Of a DNA stretch of 64,000 nt, positions 46,795 through 57,114 are shown in pieces. Position 1 is the first letter of the stretch. Each line of letters starts with the position of its first letter. This DNA comes from an uncultured Eubacteriales bacterium (GTDB taxonomy: Bacteria; Bacillota; Clostridia; Oscillospirales; Acutalibacteraceae). A model generated the notes under the pieces. That model did no database searches and was not told the origin of the DNA. It saw nothing but the letters and a program-made list of their open reading frames with translations. The translations under genes and the position numbers were made by a program. The stretch spans positions 9,380 to 73,379 of the forward strand of contig CAKVEP010000007.1 in NCBI GenBank assembly GCA_934729465.1. Reading direction: 5' to 3'.

Positions 46795-47949
46795 GTGATA
46801 AATTTGAGAAAAATCAAAAAAATTTGTAGTATAATAATAGCTTTTTGTATAGTGATAGCAAGCACGGTTGAGGTTAGTGCAGAAAACGAAATAGAAGTAA
46901 CGGCACCGAGTGCTATTTTAATGGAGCAAAATACAGGGAAAGTATTGTTTGAAAAAAACGCAGATGAAGTTCGTACGGGAGCTTCGCTAATGAAAATAAT
47001 GTGTTTACTTATTGCTATGGAACGTATAGATGAAAATAAGTTATCTTTAACCGAGACAGTAACAGCGAGTGATAATGCAGCAGAAGTAAAAGGAGCGGAT
47101 GTGTGGATAAAATCGGGAGAAAGCATGAAAGTGGAAGATTTAATAAAAGCGATTGCGATGGTTTCGGCTAATGACGCCACGGTTGCGTTGGCAGAAAGAA
47201 TTGCAGGTTCGGAGCAAAAATTTGTTGAAATGGAGAACGAGAAGACAAAGCAACTCGGAATGCAAAACACGGTATTTAAAGATGCAGTTGGTTCTGAGGA
47301 GAGCGGAAGTGTGACAAGTGCAAGAGATGTGGCTCTTATGTCGAGAGAATTAATGCGATACAAAAATATAATACCCTACGTAACGTCGTGGATAGACCAC
47401 CTAAGAGATGGTCAAACACAAATAGTAAATACGAATAAAATGGTCAGAACCTATCAAGGAACAACAGGTCTTAAAACGGGAACGAGTGAAAAATCAGGGA
47501 GCTGTATATCTGCAACGGCACAAAAAGACGGAATGGAATTAATAGCTGTGGCGCTTGGGTGCAGCAACAGTAAAGACAGGTTTAAAGACGCAACCGTTTT
47601 ATTAGACACCGGATTTTCGGAATACAAATCAATTAAACCCAGACTTCCTGAAGATATACCTAACTTTATAAAGGTGAAAAATGGTATGCAAAGCGAAGTT
47701 GAGCTGACAACTGAAGTCGATGGAGAGTTCCTTGTTAAAAAAGGTGAGGAAAAATCGATTTCGTGTAGCGTGGAGCTGAAAGAAGAATTAACAGCTCCCG
47801 TATCTAAGGGAGAAGAAGCGGGTAAACTTATTTATAAGCTCGGAGATGAAATCCTCGCAGAGTATGGTATATACACAATTTATGATGTGGAACAGGTTAA
47901 TTTTAAATCTGTGTTTAATGGGATAGTGTTGCAATTTTTGAAATTGTAA
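46795..47949 (+). CDS. dacF: D-alanyl-D-alanine carboxypeptidase (low-molecular-weight PBP, DacF-like)
   Basis: Signal peptide, SxxK motif (GASLMK), peptidase S11 N-terminal region and PBP5 C-terminal domain. Confidence 0.8.
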   Translation: MINLRKIKKICSIIIAFCIVIASTVEVSAENEIEVTAPSAILMEQNTGKVLFEKNADEVRTGASLMKIMCLLIAMERIDENKLSLTETVTASDNAAEVKGADVWIKSGESMKVEDLIKAIAMVSANDATVALAERIAGSEQKFVEMENEKTKQLGMQNTVFKDAVGSEESGSVTSARDVALMSRELMRYKNIIPYVTSWIDHLRDGQTQIVNTNKMVRTYQGTTGLKTGTSEKSGSCISATAQKDGMELIAVALGCSNSKDRFKDATVLLDTGFSEYKSIKPRLPEDIPNFIKVKNGMQSEVELTTEVDGEFLVKKGEEKSISCSVELKEELTAPVSKGEEAGKLIYKLGDEILAEYGIYTIYDVEQVNFKSVFNGIVLQFLKL

Positions 47950-47994
47950 AATATAATCTTAGAGTTATAATAAATAGTTTTAGGAGTGAAACGT

Positions 47995-49332
47995 ATGTGT
48001 ATAAATTTAGTTACTAAATACTTGAAAGATTATATAAAAGATGAAGAATATGAATTGATATTTCCGCAGGTTGAGATGTCGCATAATTTGTTACACAGCA
48101 AGAAAGGAGCCGGAAACGACTTTACAGGCTGGGTTAATTTGCCGTGTGAATATGATAGAAAAGAATTTGAAGATATAAAATTAACAGCGGAAAAAATAAA
48201 GAAAAATTCCGATGTGCTTGTAGTTATAGGGATAGGTGGCTCGTACCTTGGAGCCAGAGCTGTTATTGAGTATATGAAGTCGGTAAACTATAATCTTTTA
48301 AATGAAAATACTCCTAAAATTTATTTTGTGGGCAACAATATGAGTTCGAGCTATATCCTCGATGTTTTAAAGCTGTGTGAAAACAAGGAAGTTTCAATAA
48401 ATGTGATATCAAAGTCTGGAACAACCACCGAGCCTGCCATAGCGTTTAGAATCTTTAGAGAATTTATGGAAAATAAATACGGAAAAGAAGAAGCTAAAAA
48501 ACGTATATATTGTACAACAGACCAACGCAAAGGTACTCTAAAAGAGCTTTCGGACGCAAATGGATACAAAACATTTGTAATTCCCGACAATATCGGCGGT
48601 AGATTTTCTGTGTTAACGGCGGTGGGATTACTTCCGATAGCAGTGAGCGGAGTTAACATAGATGAGCTTATGAAGGGCGCAGCAAAAGCACAGCTCGATT
48701 TTTCAAATGCTGATATTAGTAAAAATATTTGTTATAAATATGCAGCTATTAGAAATATTCTATATAGAAAAGGAAAATTAATAGAGGTGTTTGCAAGCTA
48801 TGAACCTAATCTTTTGATGCTTGCTGAGTGGTGGAAACAGCTTTACGGCGAAAGCGAGGGCAAAGACGGCAAAGGATTATTTCCGGCTGCTGTTCAGTTT
48901 TCAACTGACTTACACTCTATGGGACAGTATATTCAGGACGGAAACAGAATAATGTTTGAAACAGTACTGTTTTTAAACAGAGAGAAAAGCGGGATAACAA
49001 TAAAAGAAAGCAAGGAAAACGGCGACGGATTGAATTTTCTTTCAGGAAAAACAGTGTCTTATGTAAACAAGAAGGCTTTTGAAGGTACGCTTATAGCTCA
49101 CTGCGACGGAGGAGTACCGAATATTTTGATAGACATAAAAGATGATTCAGAGAGTACCCTTGGATATTTAATTTACTTTTTTGAAAAAGCGTGTGCAATT
49201 TCCGGATATATGCTAGGAGTAAATCCATTTAATCAGCCCGGGGTGGAAGCTTATAAAAAGAATATGTTTGCGTTGCTTGGAAAACCCGGATATGAAAAAG
49301 AAAAGGAAAAACTTGAGCTTAGGTTAAAGTAA
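47995..49332 (+). CDS. pgi: Glucose-6-phosphate isomerase
   Basis: ~446 aa with PGI-family motifs (...[11 protein letters not shown]..., ...[14 protein letters not shown]...). Confidence 0.85.
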   Translation: MCINLVTKYLKDYIKDEEYELIFPQVEMSHNLLHSKKGAGNDFTGWVNLPCEYDRKEFEDIKLTAEKIKKNSDVLVVIGIGGSYLGARAVIEYMKSVNYNLLNENTPKIYFVGNNMSSSYILDVLKLCENKEVSINVISKSGTTTEPAIAFRIFREFMENKYGKEEAKKRIYCTTDQRKGTLKELSDANGYKTFVIPDNIGGRFSVLTAVGLLPIAVSGVNIDELMKGAAKAQLDFSNADISKNICYKYAAIRNILYRKGKLIEVFASYEPNLLMLAEWWKQLYGESEGKDGKGLFPAAVQFSTDLHSMGQYIQDGNRIMFETVLFLNREKSGITIKESKENGDGLNFLSGKTVSYVNKKAFEGTLIAHCDGGVPNILIDIKDDSESTLGYLIYFFEKACAISGYMLGVNPFNQPGVEAYKKNMFALLGKPGYEKEKEKLELRLK

Positions 49333-49383
49333 AAGGACGTAGTGTACAATCCCAAAAATAAAATATATTAGGGGGAGTAAATT

Positions 49384-49800
49384 ATGTTGTCATTAATTGC
49401 AGGTAAAGTTGGAGCGGGAAAAACAAAAAAGCTCGTGGAAATAGCAAATAAAGATGCGGAAAATTGTAAGGGAAGTATAATATTTATTGAAAGAGGAAAT
49501 GAGCTAAAGTTTGATTTATCCCACAATATTAGGTTAGTGGATATTAATAAATATTCAATTCACGATTTTGATGTGTTATATGGATTTATTTGCGGAATAT
49601 GCTCAGATAATTATGATATTTCGGAAATTTTTGTTGACACGGTACTAAGCGTTGGAAGCGAAAATTTACATGAATTTGAAGTATTTGTGGGAATGATTAA
49701 GGACATATCAGAAAAAAGAAATATAAAAATATATATGTCTGTGTCGATAGAGTTTAAGCACTTACCAAGCTTTATTTCCAGGGAAATACAAAAAAATTAA
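49384..49800 (+). CDS. Hypothetical P-loop (Walker A-like GKVGAGKT) protein, 138 aa
   Basis: Walker A-like motif near the N-terminus. No further assignment. Confidence 0.35.
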   Translation: MLSLIAGKVGAGKTKKLVEIANKDAENCKGSIIFIERGNELKFDLSHNIRLVDINKYSIHDFDVLYGFICGICSDNYDISEIFVDTVLSVGSENLHEFEVFVGMIKDISEKRNIKIYMSVSIEFKHLPSFISREIQKN

Positions 49801-49813
49801 AATATGTATTATC

Positions 49814-49858
49814 AGTAGGGTCATTGCACAATATAATTGTGATGACCCTACTTTTTTA
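49814..49858 (+). terminator. Rho-independent terminator (tagggtcat...atgacccta then T-run)
   Basis: 9-10 bp perfect stem followed by cttttttaaaa. Confidence 0.6.
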
Positions 49859-50197
49859 AAAGGAAAGAGATAATATGAATTTCAAAAATATCGCTGAATA
49901 AAAGCGTGAGGAAAACGGATTAATATATTACAAAATACCTAATATAAACGTTAACAGCAAAGAATTTGAGATAAAGGTAGTTAAAAATCATGAATACACA
50001 AATTTTTGGAAAATTAAATTTTCTCAAACATATCTCCGATAAATCCTTAGTTACTTTGACTAAAGACAATCCTACCGGGAAATCCCGCAAATTAACTTAC
50101 CTCGTCTTAATAAAGCCTATTAAAGAAGGAAAATGTTAAGGGGAAAATATCTATGAAAAATTAATGCAAACAGTGTTAAAACAGAGTAATTTATTGC

Positions 50198-50226
50198 TTG
50201 ACAAAATTAAAGAATAATTATATAAT
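50198..50226 (+). promoter_or_regulatory. Consensus sigma-A promoter (TTGACA-17-TATAAT) for the yceD-rpmF operon
   Basis: Exact consensus hexamers, 27 nt upstream of the yceD GTG. Confidence 0.6.
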
Positions 50227-50252
50227 AAACTGGTGTGACAGTGAGGTGAGCT

Positions 50253-50747
50253 GTGATTATTAATCTTGAAGAAATATTTTTACATGGTAAGCCATTAAAA
50301 ATTGACCATTATCCTATAAATATTGACGTTCAAGACTTGCCAAGGCAAGACATAAAAAATTGTAAAGCCGAGGCGTGCGTGAGTATAGAAAAGGTTATGA
50401 GCGATGTTTATTTAGAGGCAGAGGTTAATTTGGCGTTTGATTGTTTGTGTGATAATTGTGTGGAATCTATTAAAAAGAATCTTAGTTTTTCGTTTAAACA
50501 CTTACTCGTTGTAAAAGAGGAAGCGGACAGTGATGTGGACTGTATAAGCGTTAAGGACTATAAACTTGATTTGGATTCTTTAATTATTGAAGACATTATA
50601 TTGGAATTTCCAAGCAAAATATTGTGTAGTAATGATTGTTTAGGATTATGCCTTAAATGCGGCAGAAATTTAAATCATGGCGACTGTGGCTGTGCAAAAA
50701 AGAGCGTAGACCCTCGGTTGGAGGCTCTGAAAAGTTGGCTTTATTAA
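50253..50747 (+). CDS. yceD: YceD/DUF177-family protein (large-ribosomal-subunit-associated), upstream of rpmF
   Basis: C-terminal CxxC...CxxC motif and the conserved yceD-rpmF synteny. Confidence 0.65.
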   Translation: MIINLEEIFLHGKPLKIDHYPINIDVQDLPRQDIKNCKAEACVSIEKVMSDVYLEAEVNLAFDCLCDNCVESIKKNLSFSFKHLLVVKEEADSDVDCISVKDYKLDLDSLIIEDIILEFPSKILCSNDCLGLCLKCGRNLNHGDCGCAKKSVDPRLEALKSWLY

Positions 50748-50801
50748 GGATTATATTAACATCTTAACAACGATGTTTTAATTTTTAAGGAGGTGCTCGG
50801 G

Positions 50802-50990
50802 ATGGGTGCAATATGTCCTAAGAGAAAAACGTCTAAGGCAAGAAGAAATAAAAGACGTTCAAATGTGTGGAAAATACAGGCTCCGGCTCTTGTAAAATGC
50901 GATAAGTGTGGAGAGTATAAACTATCACATAGAGTTTGCAGAGTATGCGGATACTATAACGGTAGAGAAGTGCTCAAAAAGGAAGCTTAA
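50802..50990 (+). CDS. rpmF: 50S ribosomal protein L32
   Basis: ...[15 protein letters not shown]... is the L32 signature. AAGGAGG RBS 8 nt before the ATG at 50802. Confidence 0.85.
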   Translation: MGAICPKRKTSKARRNKRRSNVWKIQAPALVKCDKCGEYKLSHRVCRVCGYYNGREVLKKEA

Positions 50991-51065
50991 GAGCTGAGGT
51001 GTTATAGAGGAGGAAATAATCCTTCTCTATTTTTTTGATAAGAAAAAGAAAGGATGTGAGTTAGC

Positions 51066-52400
51066 ATGGGGATGCCTGTAATAGCGATAGTTGGAAGACC
51101 AAATGTTGGAAAATCTACTCTTTTTAATAAACTTATAGGTCAAAGATTGTCGATAGTTGACGACTCTTCTGGAGTGACGAGAGATAGAATATACGGTGAG
51201 TGTGAGTGGAGAAACAGAAAAGTTAAATTAATAGACACCGGAGGGATAGAGCCGTTTTCAGATGACCCTATACTTTCTCAGATGAGAAGACAAGCGGAGC
51301 TTGCGATAAGTACAGCAGACGTTATTGTGATGGTGGTTGACGTTAAATCGGGGGTTGTTTCGGCTGATGAAGAAGTGGCAATAATGCTGAAAAGAAGCGG
51401 AAGACCTGTAGTGTTGTGTGTTAATAAGTGCGACAAAATAGGGGAACCTGAATCGGAATTTTACGAATTTTATAATTTGGGGCTAGGTGAGCCTATTCAG
51501 GTTTCGTCTGTACACGGTCACGGAACCGGAGATTTGCTTGATGCAATTTATGATAATTTGCCTGAAGACTATTCAGATGAAGAAGTTGAAGATGATGCAA
51601 ATATTGCTGTAATAGGAAAGCCTAATGTTGGAAAGTCTTCACTGATAAACAGTATATCCGGCAAGGAAAGATGTATAGTATCAAACGTCGCGGGAACGAC
51701 TCGTGACAGCATAGATATGAGAATATCTAATAGTTTTGGAACGTATAATTTTATCGATACAGCCGGAATAAGGCGTAAAAGTAAAATTAACGAGTCTATA
51801 GAAAAATACAGTATAATAAGAGCGAAACTTGCGATAGAACGTAGCGACGTTTGTTTGATTATGATTGACGCTTGCGAGGGAGTAACGGAGCAGGACACTA
51901 AGATTGCAGGAATGGCGCATGAAGCAGGAAAAGCGAGTGTTATAGTGGTCAATAAATGGGACGCTATCGAGAAAAACGACAAAACTATGACAGAATACAG
52001 AAAAAAAATAGAAAAAGAATTTGCGTTTATGTCGTATGCTCCGATTGTGTTTATATCGGCTAAAACAGGGCAAAGGCTAGACAGAATTTTTGTATTAATA
52101 AATCATGTTTTAAATTCTGCAGCAATGCGTATATCAACCGGTATGATAAATGATTTGTTGTCGCAGGCAGTGTCTAGGGTACAGCCTCCAACGGATAAAG
52201 GCAAAAGGCTTAAGATATATTATATGACTCAAGTTGGAGTAAAGCCGCCAACGTTCGTGTGCTTTGTTAATACGGCTGAATTATTTCACTTTTCATATCA
52301 AAGGTATATAGAAAATTGTATAAGGAGTACTTTTGGTTTGGAGGGGACGCCCATAAGATTTATAATAAGGGAGAAGGGCGAGAAAGATAATAGGAGATGA
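51066..52400 (+). CDS. der: Ribosome-biogenesis GTPase Der (EngA)
   Basis: Two tandem GTPase domains (GRPNVGKS and GKPNVGKS) plus a KH-like C-terminal domain. Confidence 0.9.
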   Translation: MGMPVIAIVGRPNVGKSTLFNKLIGQRLSIVDDSSGVTRDRIYGECEWRNRKVKLIDTGGIEPFSDDPILSQMRRQAELAISTADVIVMVVDVKSGVVSADEEVAIMLKRSGRPVVLCVNKCDKIGEPESEFYEFYNLGLGEPIQVSSVHGHGTGDLLDAIYDNLPEDYSDEEVEDDANIAVIGKPNVGKSSLINSISGKERCIVSNVAGTTRDSIDMRISNSFGTYNFIDTAGIRRKSKINESIEKYSIIRAKLAIERSDVCLIMIDACEGVTEQDTKIAGMAHEAGKASVIVVNKWDAIEKNDKTMTEYRKKIEKEFAFMSYAPIVFISAKTGQRLDRIFVLINHVLNSAAMRISTGMINDLLSQAVSRVQPPTDKGKRLKIYYMTQVGVKPPTFVCFVNTAELFHFSYQRYIENCIRSTFGLEGTPIRFIIREKGEKDNRR

Positions 52401-52410
52401 ATTTCTTAGT

Positions 52411-53088
52411 ATGTTAATGGGGTATGGAATATGGTTTTTGATAGGTTCTGTGTTATCATACTTAATAGGGAGTGTAAGCTTTTCAATTATAGCAGCGAAG
52501 CTGTCCGGGGATAGGACAGACATAAGAAGTAAAGGGAGCGGGAACGCTGGTTTCACAAACGTGTTAAGAACAGTGGGACTGGCGCCGGCTATGGCAACAT
52601 TTGCAGGAGATTTCTTAAAGGGAGTTGCTGCGGTGTGGCTTGGCAGGACGATACTTACATTAGCAACAGGAACGAGTGATGTAATATTACTGTCAAGTAT
52701 GAGCTATTTGTGCGGTCTTTGTTGCGTTGTTGGTCACCTTTACCCGTGCTTTTTCGGGCTAAGGGGAGGAAAGGGTATTTTAACGGCTTGGTCGATAATG
52801 CTTTTAATAGATTGGCGAGTTTTCTTGGTGGTAATATCCGTATTTTTAGTTGTACTTATTGTAACTAAAATTGTATCTTTAGCGTCGCTTTCGGCGGCTG
52901 TTGCCTATTTCCCAACCATATTTTTGTTTACATATTTCACGAATTACAAAATTTATTACAATTTGACATATCTTATATTTGTGTCGATAGTATCTGTTGT
53001 AATATCTGCGATGGCTATTGTAAAACATAGGTCTAACATAGAAAGACTGCTCGCAGGAAGTGAAAAGAAAATTACGAGAAAAAGATAA
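52411..53088 (+). CDS. plsY: Glycerol-3-phosphate acyltransferase PlsY
   Basis: ...GSGNAGFTNVLRT... PlsY motif. Membrane protein. Conserved der-plsY synteny. Confidence 0.85.
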   Translation: MLMGYGIWFLIGSVLSYLIGSVSFSIIAAKLSGDRTDIRSKGSGNAGFTNVLRTVGLAPAMATFAGDFLKGVAAVWLGRTILTLATGTSDVILLSSMSYLCGLCCVVGHLYPCFFGLRGGKGILTAWSIMLLIDWRVFLVVISVFLVVLIVTKIVSLASLSAAVAYFPTIFLFTYFTNYKIYYNLTYLIFVSIVSVVISAMAIVKHRSNIERLLAGSEKKITRKR

Positions 53089-53101
53089 AAGGAGGGTTAA
53101 A

Positions 53102-53806
53102 ATGAAGTCATATGTTATCCATTTGATACGCCATGGAATGACAGAGGCAAATGTTAAAGGACAGTATGTTGGAGTAACAGACACACCTTTGTGTGACGAA
53201 GGCAAAAGAAAGCTTTATGATTTAAGGGAAAATTATGAATATCCTAAAGTTGATTTGTATTATAGCAGTCCGCTTTCGAGGTGTGTGGATACGTGCAAGA
53301 TAATATATCCCGAGTCTGAAATTAAGATAGTTGACGATTTAAGGGAATGTAATTTTGGGGACTACGAAGGTAAGACAACCAAAGAGCTTTCTAAAGACGA
53401 AGGCTTTTTGAAATGGCTTGAGAGCGGTCAGCAAATAAAGCCTCCGAACGGAGAAAGCGGACCTGATTTTCAAAAAAGGGTTTGTAAGGCGTTCGAGGGT
53501 ATAGTTGAAGAAATGATGAGGAGCGGGACGACTTCATCGGCAGTGTTTGCCCACGGTGGAGTTATAATGTTACTTTTGACTGCGTATTCAGTTCCGAAGT
53601 CTGATTTCTATGATTGGATAGTAGACAACGGATGTGGATATTCATTGAGAATAACGCCGGGTCTGTGGATGAGAAGTAAGGTTCTGGAGGTATATGATAA
53701 AATACCTCTTGGCTGCAAGAGCGAGATTGAAGGGGATTTTAAATATCTCATGGAAACTGTAAAAAAGGCAGCTCGCAAAGCCTACGGGACAAGCGAAGAA
53801 GTTTAA
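53102..53806 (+). CDS. Histidine phosphatase family protein (phosphoglycerate mutase-like)
   Basis: RHG catalytic motif (IRHGMTEAN) near the N-terminus. Confidence 0.65.
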   Translation: MKSYVIHLIRHGMTEANVKGQYVGVTDTPLCDEGKRKLYDLRENYEYPKVDLYYSSPLSRCVDTCKIIYPESEIKIVDDLRECNFGDYEGKTTKELSKDEGFLKWLESGQQIKPPNGESGPDFQKRVCKAFEGIVEEMMRSGTTSSAVFAHGGVIMLLLTAYSVPKSDFYDWIVDNGCGYSLRITPGLWMRSKVLEVYDKIPLGCKSEIEGDFKYLMETVKKAARKAYGTSEEV

Positions 53807-53836
53807 TTGTATTTTTAGAATGAAAGAGGAGAAAAA

Positions 53837-55654
53837 ATGGGAGTAAGAGAAGATTTAAGAAATATAGCAATAATAGCGCACGTTGACCATGGTAAGACGA
53901 CGCTTGTTGACCAAATGCTAAAACAAAGCGGAATATTCCGTAGCAATGAATCTGTGGCGGAAAGAGTAATGGATTCTAACGATTTGGAAAGAGAAAGAGG
54001 AATAACCATACTTTCTAAAAACACAGCGGTGATGTACAACAATATAAAAATTAATATAGTAGATACTCCGGGTCACGCCGATTTCGGAGGAGAAGTGGAA
54101 CGTATATTAATGATGGTAGACGGAGTAGTGCTTCTTGTTGACGCATTTGAAGGCTGTATGCCTCAAACAAGATTTGTTTTAAAGAAAGCGCTAGGATTAG
54201 GCAAAAAACCTATTGTAGTGTTAAATAAAATAGACCGTCCTGGAGCAAGACCTGAAGAGGTTGTTGACGAAGTGTTAGACCTATTCATTGAGCTTGGCGC
54301 AGATGACGACCAATTAGAATTTCCTGTTGTTTATGCATCTGGTCGTAACGGATACGCAAAGTACAATGTTGAAGACGAAGGTAAAAATTTAGTACCGTTG
54401 TTTGAAACAATAGTAAAAGAGGTTCCGCCTCCGGAAGGAGAGATTGATGGTCCTCTTCAGATATTGTTCTCAAATATAGACTACGATGAGTACGTTGGAA
54501 GAATAGGCATAGGAAGAGTTGAAAGAGGAAACGTTAAAAACGGACAAACTGTGGCTCTATGCAAGAGGGATGGTACAGTTAAGAATGTTAAAATAGGAAA
54601 GCTTTATCAATTCGAGGGTCTAAAGAGGGTGGAAATGGACAGTGCTAAGCTTGGAGACATTATAGCCGTTTCAGGGATAGCAGACCTAAACATAGGCGAA
54701 ACTGCTTGTTCGCTGGATAAGGTAGAACCACTTCCGTTCGTAAAGATAGATGAGCCTACTGTTTCTATGATGTTCATGGTAAATAATAGTCCGTTTGCGG
54801 GTCGTGAAGGAAAGTTTGTAACATCGAGGAACCTAAGAGACAGGCTTTTCAAAGAGATAGAAACAAATGTTGCGATGAGGGTTGAAGAAACCGATTCTGC
54901 TGATACTTTCAAGGTTTCGGGAAGAGGAGAGCTGCATCTTTCAATACTGATAGAAACAATGCGCAGACAAAATTATGAATTTCAAGTGTCAAGACCAAAA
55001 GTAATTATGAAAGAGGTTGACGGTAAGAAATATGAGCCTATAGAAACCTTAATGATAGAAGTTCCGGATAACTACGTTGGAGCTGTAATGGAAAAATTAG
55101 GTGCTCGTAAGGCGGAAATGATAGACATGAAGGTTAAAGACGGTGGAACAACTCACCTAGAATTTAAAATACCGTCAAGAAGCTTGATGGGTTACAGAAC
55201 CGAATTTTTAACCGACACTAACGGAAATGGTATAATGAACCATGTGTTCGACGGATATGAACCTTATAAGGGAACTATTGTACAACGTCAACAGGGGTCT
55301 TTAATCGTGCATGAGACCGGCGAAACTACAGGTTATGGATTGTATGCTGCTCAAGAGCGTGGAAGATTGTTTGTTGGACCGGGCGTACCTGTTTACGAGG
55401 GAATGATTGTTGGAGCGAGCCCGAAATCTGATGACATAGTTGTTAATGTGTGTAAGAAGAAGCACCTGACAAACACAAGAGCTTCAGGCTCAGACGACGC
55501 ACTAAGCTTAACTCCGCCGAGCATACTCAGCTTGGAGCAATCGCTTGAATTTATAAATGACGATGAGCTTGTTGAGGTTACGCCTAAGAGTATCAGACTC
55601 CGTAAAATGATATTAAGCAAAGAGCAAAGACTTAAAAAAGCTAACAGAAAATAA
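53837..55654 (+). CDS. typA: Translational GTPase TypA/BipA
   Basis: The NIAIIAHVDHGKTTL G-domain and EF-G-like domain order typical of BipA are present. 605 aa. Confidence 0.9.
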   Translation: MGVREDLRNIAIIAHVDHGKTTLVDQMLKQSGIFRSNESVAERVMDSNDLERERGITILSKNTAVMYNNIKINIVDTPGHADFGGEVERILMMVDGVVLLVDAFEGCMPQTRFVLKKALGLGKKPIVVLNKIDRPGARPEEVVDEVLDLFIELGADDDQLEFPVVYASGRNGYAKYNVEDEGKNLVPLFETIVKEVPPPEGEIDGPLQILFSNIDYDEYVGRIGIGRVERGNVKNGQTVALCKRDGTVKNVKIGKLYQFEGLKRVEMDSAKLGDIIAVSGIADLNIGETACSLDKVEPLPFVKIDEPTVSMMFMVNNSPFAGREGKFVTSRNLRDRLFKEIETNVAMRVEETDSADTFKVSGRGELHLSILIETMRRQNYEFQVSRPKVIMKEVDGKKYEPIETLMIEVPDNYVGAVMEKLGARKAEMIDMKVKDGGTTHLEFKIPSRSLMGYRTEFLTDTNGNGIMNHVFDGYEPYKGTIVQRQQGSLIVHETGETTGYGLYAAQERGRLFVGPGVPVYEGMIVGASPKSDDIVVNVCKKKHLTNTRASGSDDALSLTPPSILSLEQSLEFINDDELVEVTPKSIRLRKMILSKEQRLKKANRK

Positions 55655-55697
55655 AAAATAGTGCAATAAAAAAGGCTTTACCAAACGGTAAAGTCTT

Positions 55698-56747
55698 TTA
55701 TTTTTCAATACTGTCTTCATAAATGAACTTTGCTAAATCGTATTTAGCTTTCGTCATGTCGTTAATTACCAAAACCATTTTTTGGTCAATAGTTTCGTTT
55801 CTAACATTATCATTTGTCGGCAACCTAAATTCTTCGTTCGTAAATTTTGAATAGCTAGCAACGTTAGAAGCCAATTTTGTTATTTCTGAAGTTTTAAAAT
55901 TGGTTGTAATTAAAGGTGCAACATCTGAAATAGCCTTTGTTATTTGAGGAATACTGGCGGTTTTGAATTTTTCAATTACAGCTATCATAACATTTCTTTG
56001 TCGTTGAGTACGGTCATAATCTGAACCGGCGCTATGACGATTTCTAGCATGACTTAAAGTTTGAAGACCGTTTAGATGGACGACTCCTGTACCAACAATT
56101 TTGGTTTGACTTTGAGAATCAGAATTTACATAAGCGATTTCTTTGTCGGTCAACTTCATGTCAACCCCACCAAGAGCATCTATAATTTTGGCAAATCCGT
56201 TAAAATCAACCGAGGCATATCTGTCTATGTGAACTCCAAAATTATGTTCAATTGTTTTGATAGCTAATTTTGCGCCACCATAAGAGTAAGCGGCGTTGAG
56301 CCTGTCCTTGTGATAGCCGGGGATTTGAACCCATATATCCCTCATGAGGGAAGTAATTTTAATTTTTTTGTGCTTGAGGTCAAGTGAAATAAGCATTGTA
56401 CTGTCGCTTCGACCATTATCACTGTCAGACCTTGTATCTGTTCCGAGAAGTAACACGTTTAAAATCATCGAGTCGTTTAAATAAGTGTCTTCCGGTTCGG
56501 AAGCAGCTGATGGATGTTGTTCATCGGATAAATCATCATAGTTGACGGAGTTTAAAGTGTTATACACGTAAATCATTAATCCCCCGACGGTCCCCAAGAT
56601 TGAAAAAAACAAAATTGAAAACACCCTAAGCCACGGAAATTTTCTTTTAGGACCTCTTCGACTACCTGAAGAAATATCAACATATTCGCTGTTTTTTCCT
56701 TGATAATATCTGTAGTGGTCACCGTATCTGTCGTCTTTTTTTTTCAT
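55698..56747 (-). CDS. LytR-CpsA-Psr (LCP) family cell-envelope phosphotransferase
   Basis: Short cytoplasmic tail, one TM helix, and an LCP core (...LLLGTDTRSD...STMLISLD...). The internal ATG (MKKKDDR...) is preferred over the track start. Confidence 0.7.
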   Translation of the reverse strand: MKKKDDRYGDHYRYYQGKNSEYVDISSGSRRGPKRKFPWLRVFSILFFSILGTVGGLMIYVYNTLNSVNYDDLSDEQHPSAASEPEDTYLNDSMILNVLLLGTDTRSDSDNGRSDSTMLISLDLKHKKIKITSLMRDIWVQIPGYHKDRLNAAYSYGGAKLAIKTIEHNFGVHIDRYASVDFNGFAKIIDALGGVDMKLTDKEIAYVNSDSQSQTKIVGTGVVHLNGLQTLSHARNRHSAGSDYDRTQRQRNVMIAVIEKFKTASIPQITKAISDVAPLITTNFKTSEITKLASNVASYSKFTNEEFRLPTNDNVRNETIDQKMVLVINDMTKAKYDLAKFIYEDSIEK

Positions 56748-57114
56748 TATAAAATCACACTCTCCTAAGAGTACATATATTAAACTAATTTGTGTTCTTA
56801 CATTATATAACATTATCTGTCATAAATCAATAAGTTTGGCAACTTATAAAGACTCAACCGGCTTGTAAAACGATAATAGTTTATACTAATATGTGATTTA
56901 TTATACTTAATTAATGATTTGAATGTTTAAAATTCAGCAAAAATAGAATTTATTTAGTAATGATTTAATCATAAATAAAATAAGATGTGTTGAATATAAA
57001 TATATTTAATTAAAGTTTAAAAGACAAAATATGCAAAATATATTGACTTAAAAACAATAAAGATATATAATAAAAAATATTATTTACAATTTATTTTACA
57101 AAGGAGAGATTGCA

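Noticed and set aside
46713-47363. 216-aa minus-strand ORF
   Set aside because: Lies entirely inside, and antisense to, the well-supported dacF-like PBP gene. Low-complexity Ser/Ala/Phe-rich translation. Judged spurious.
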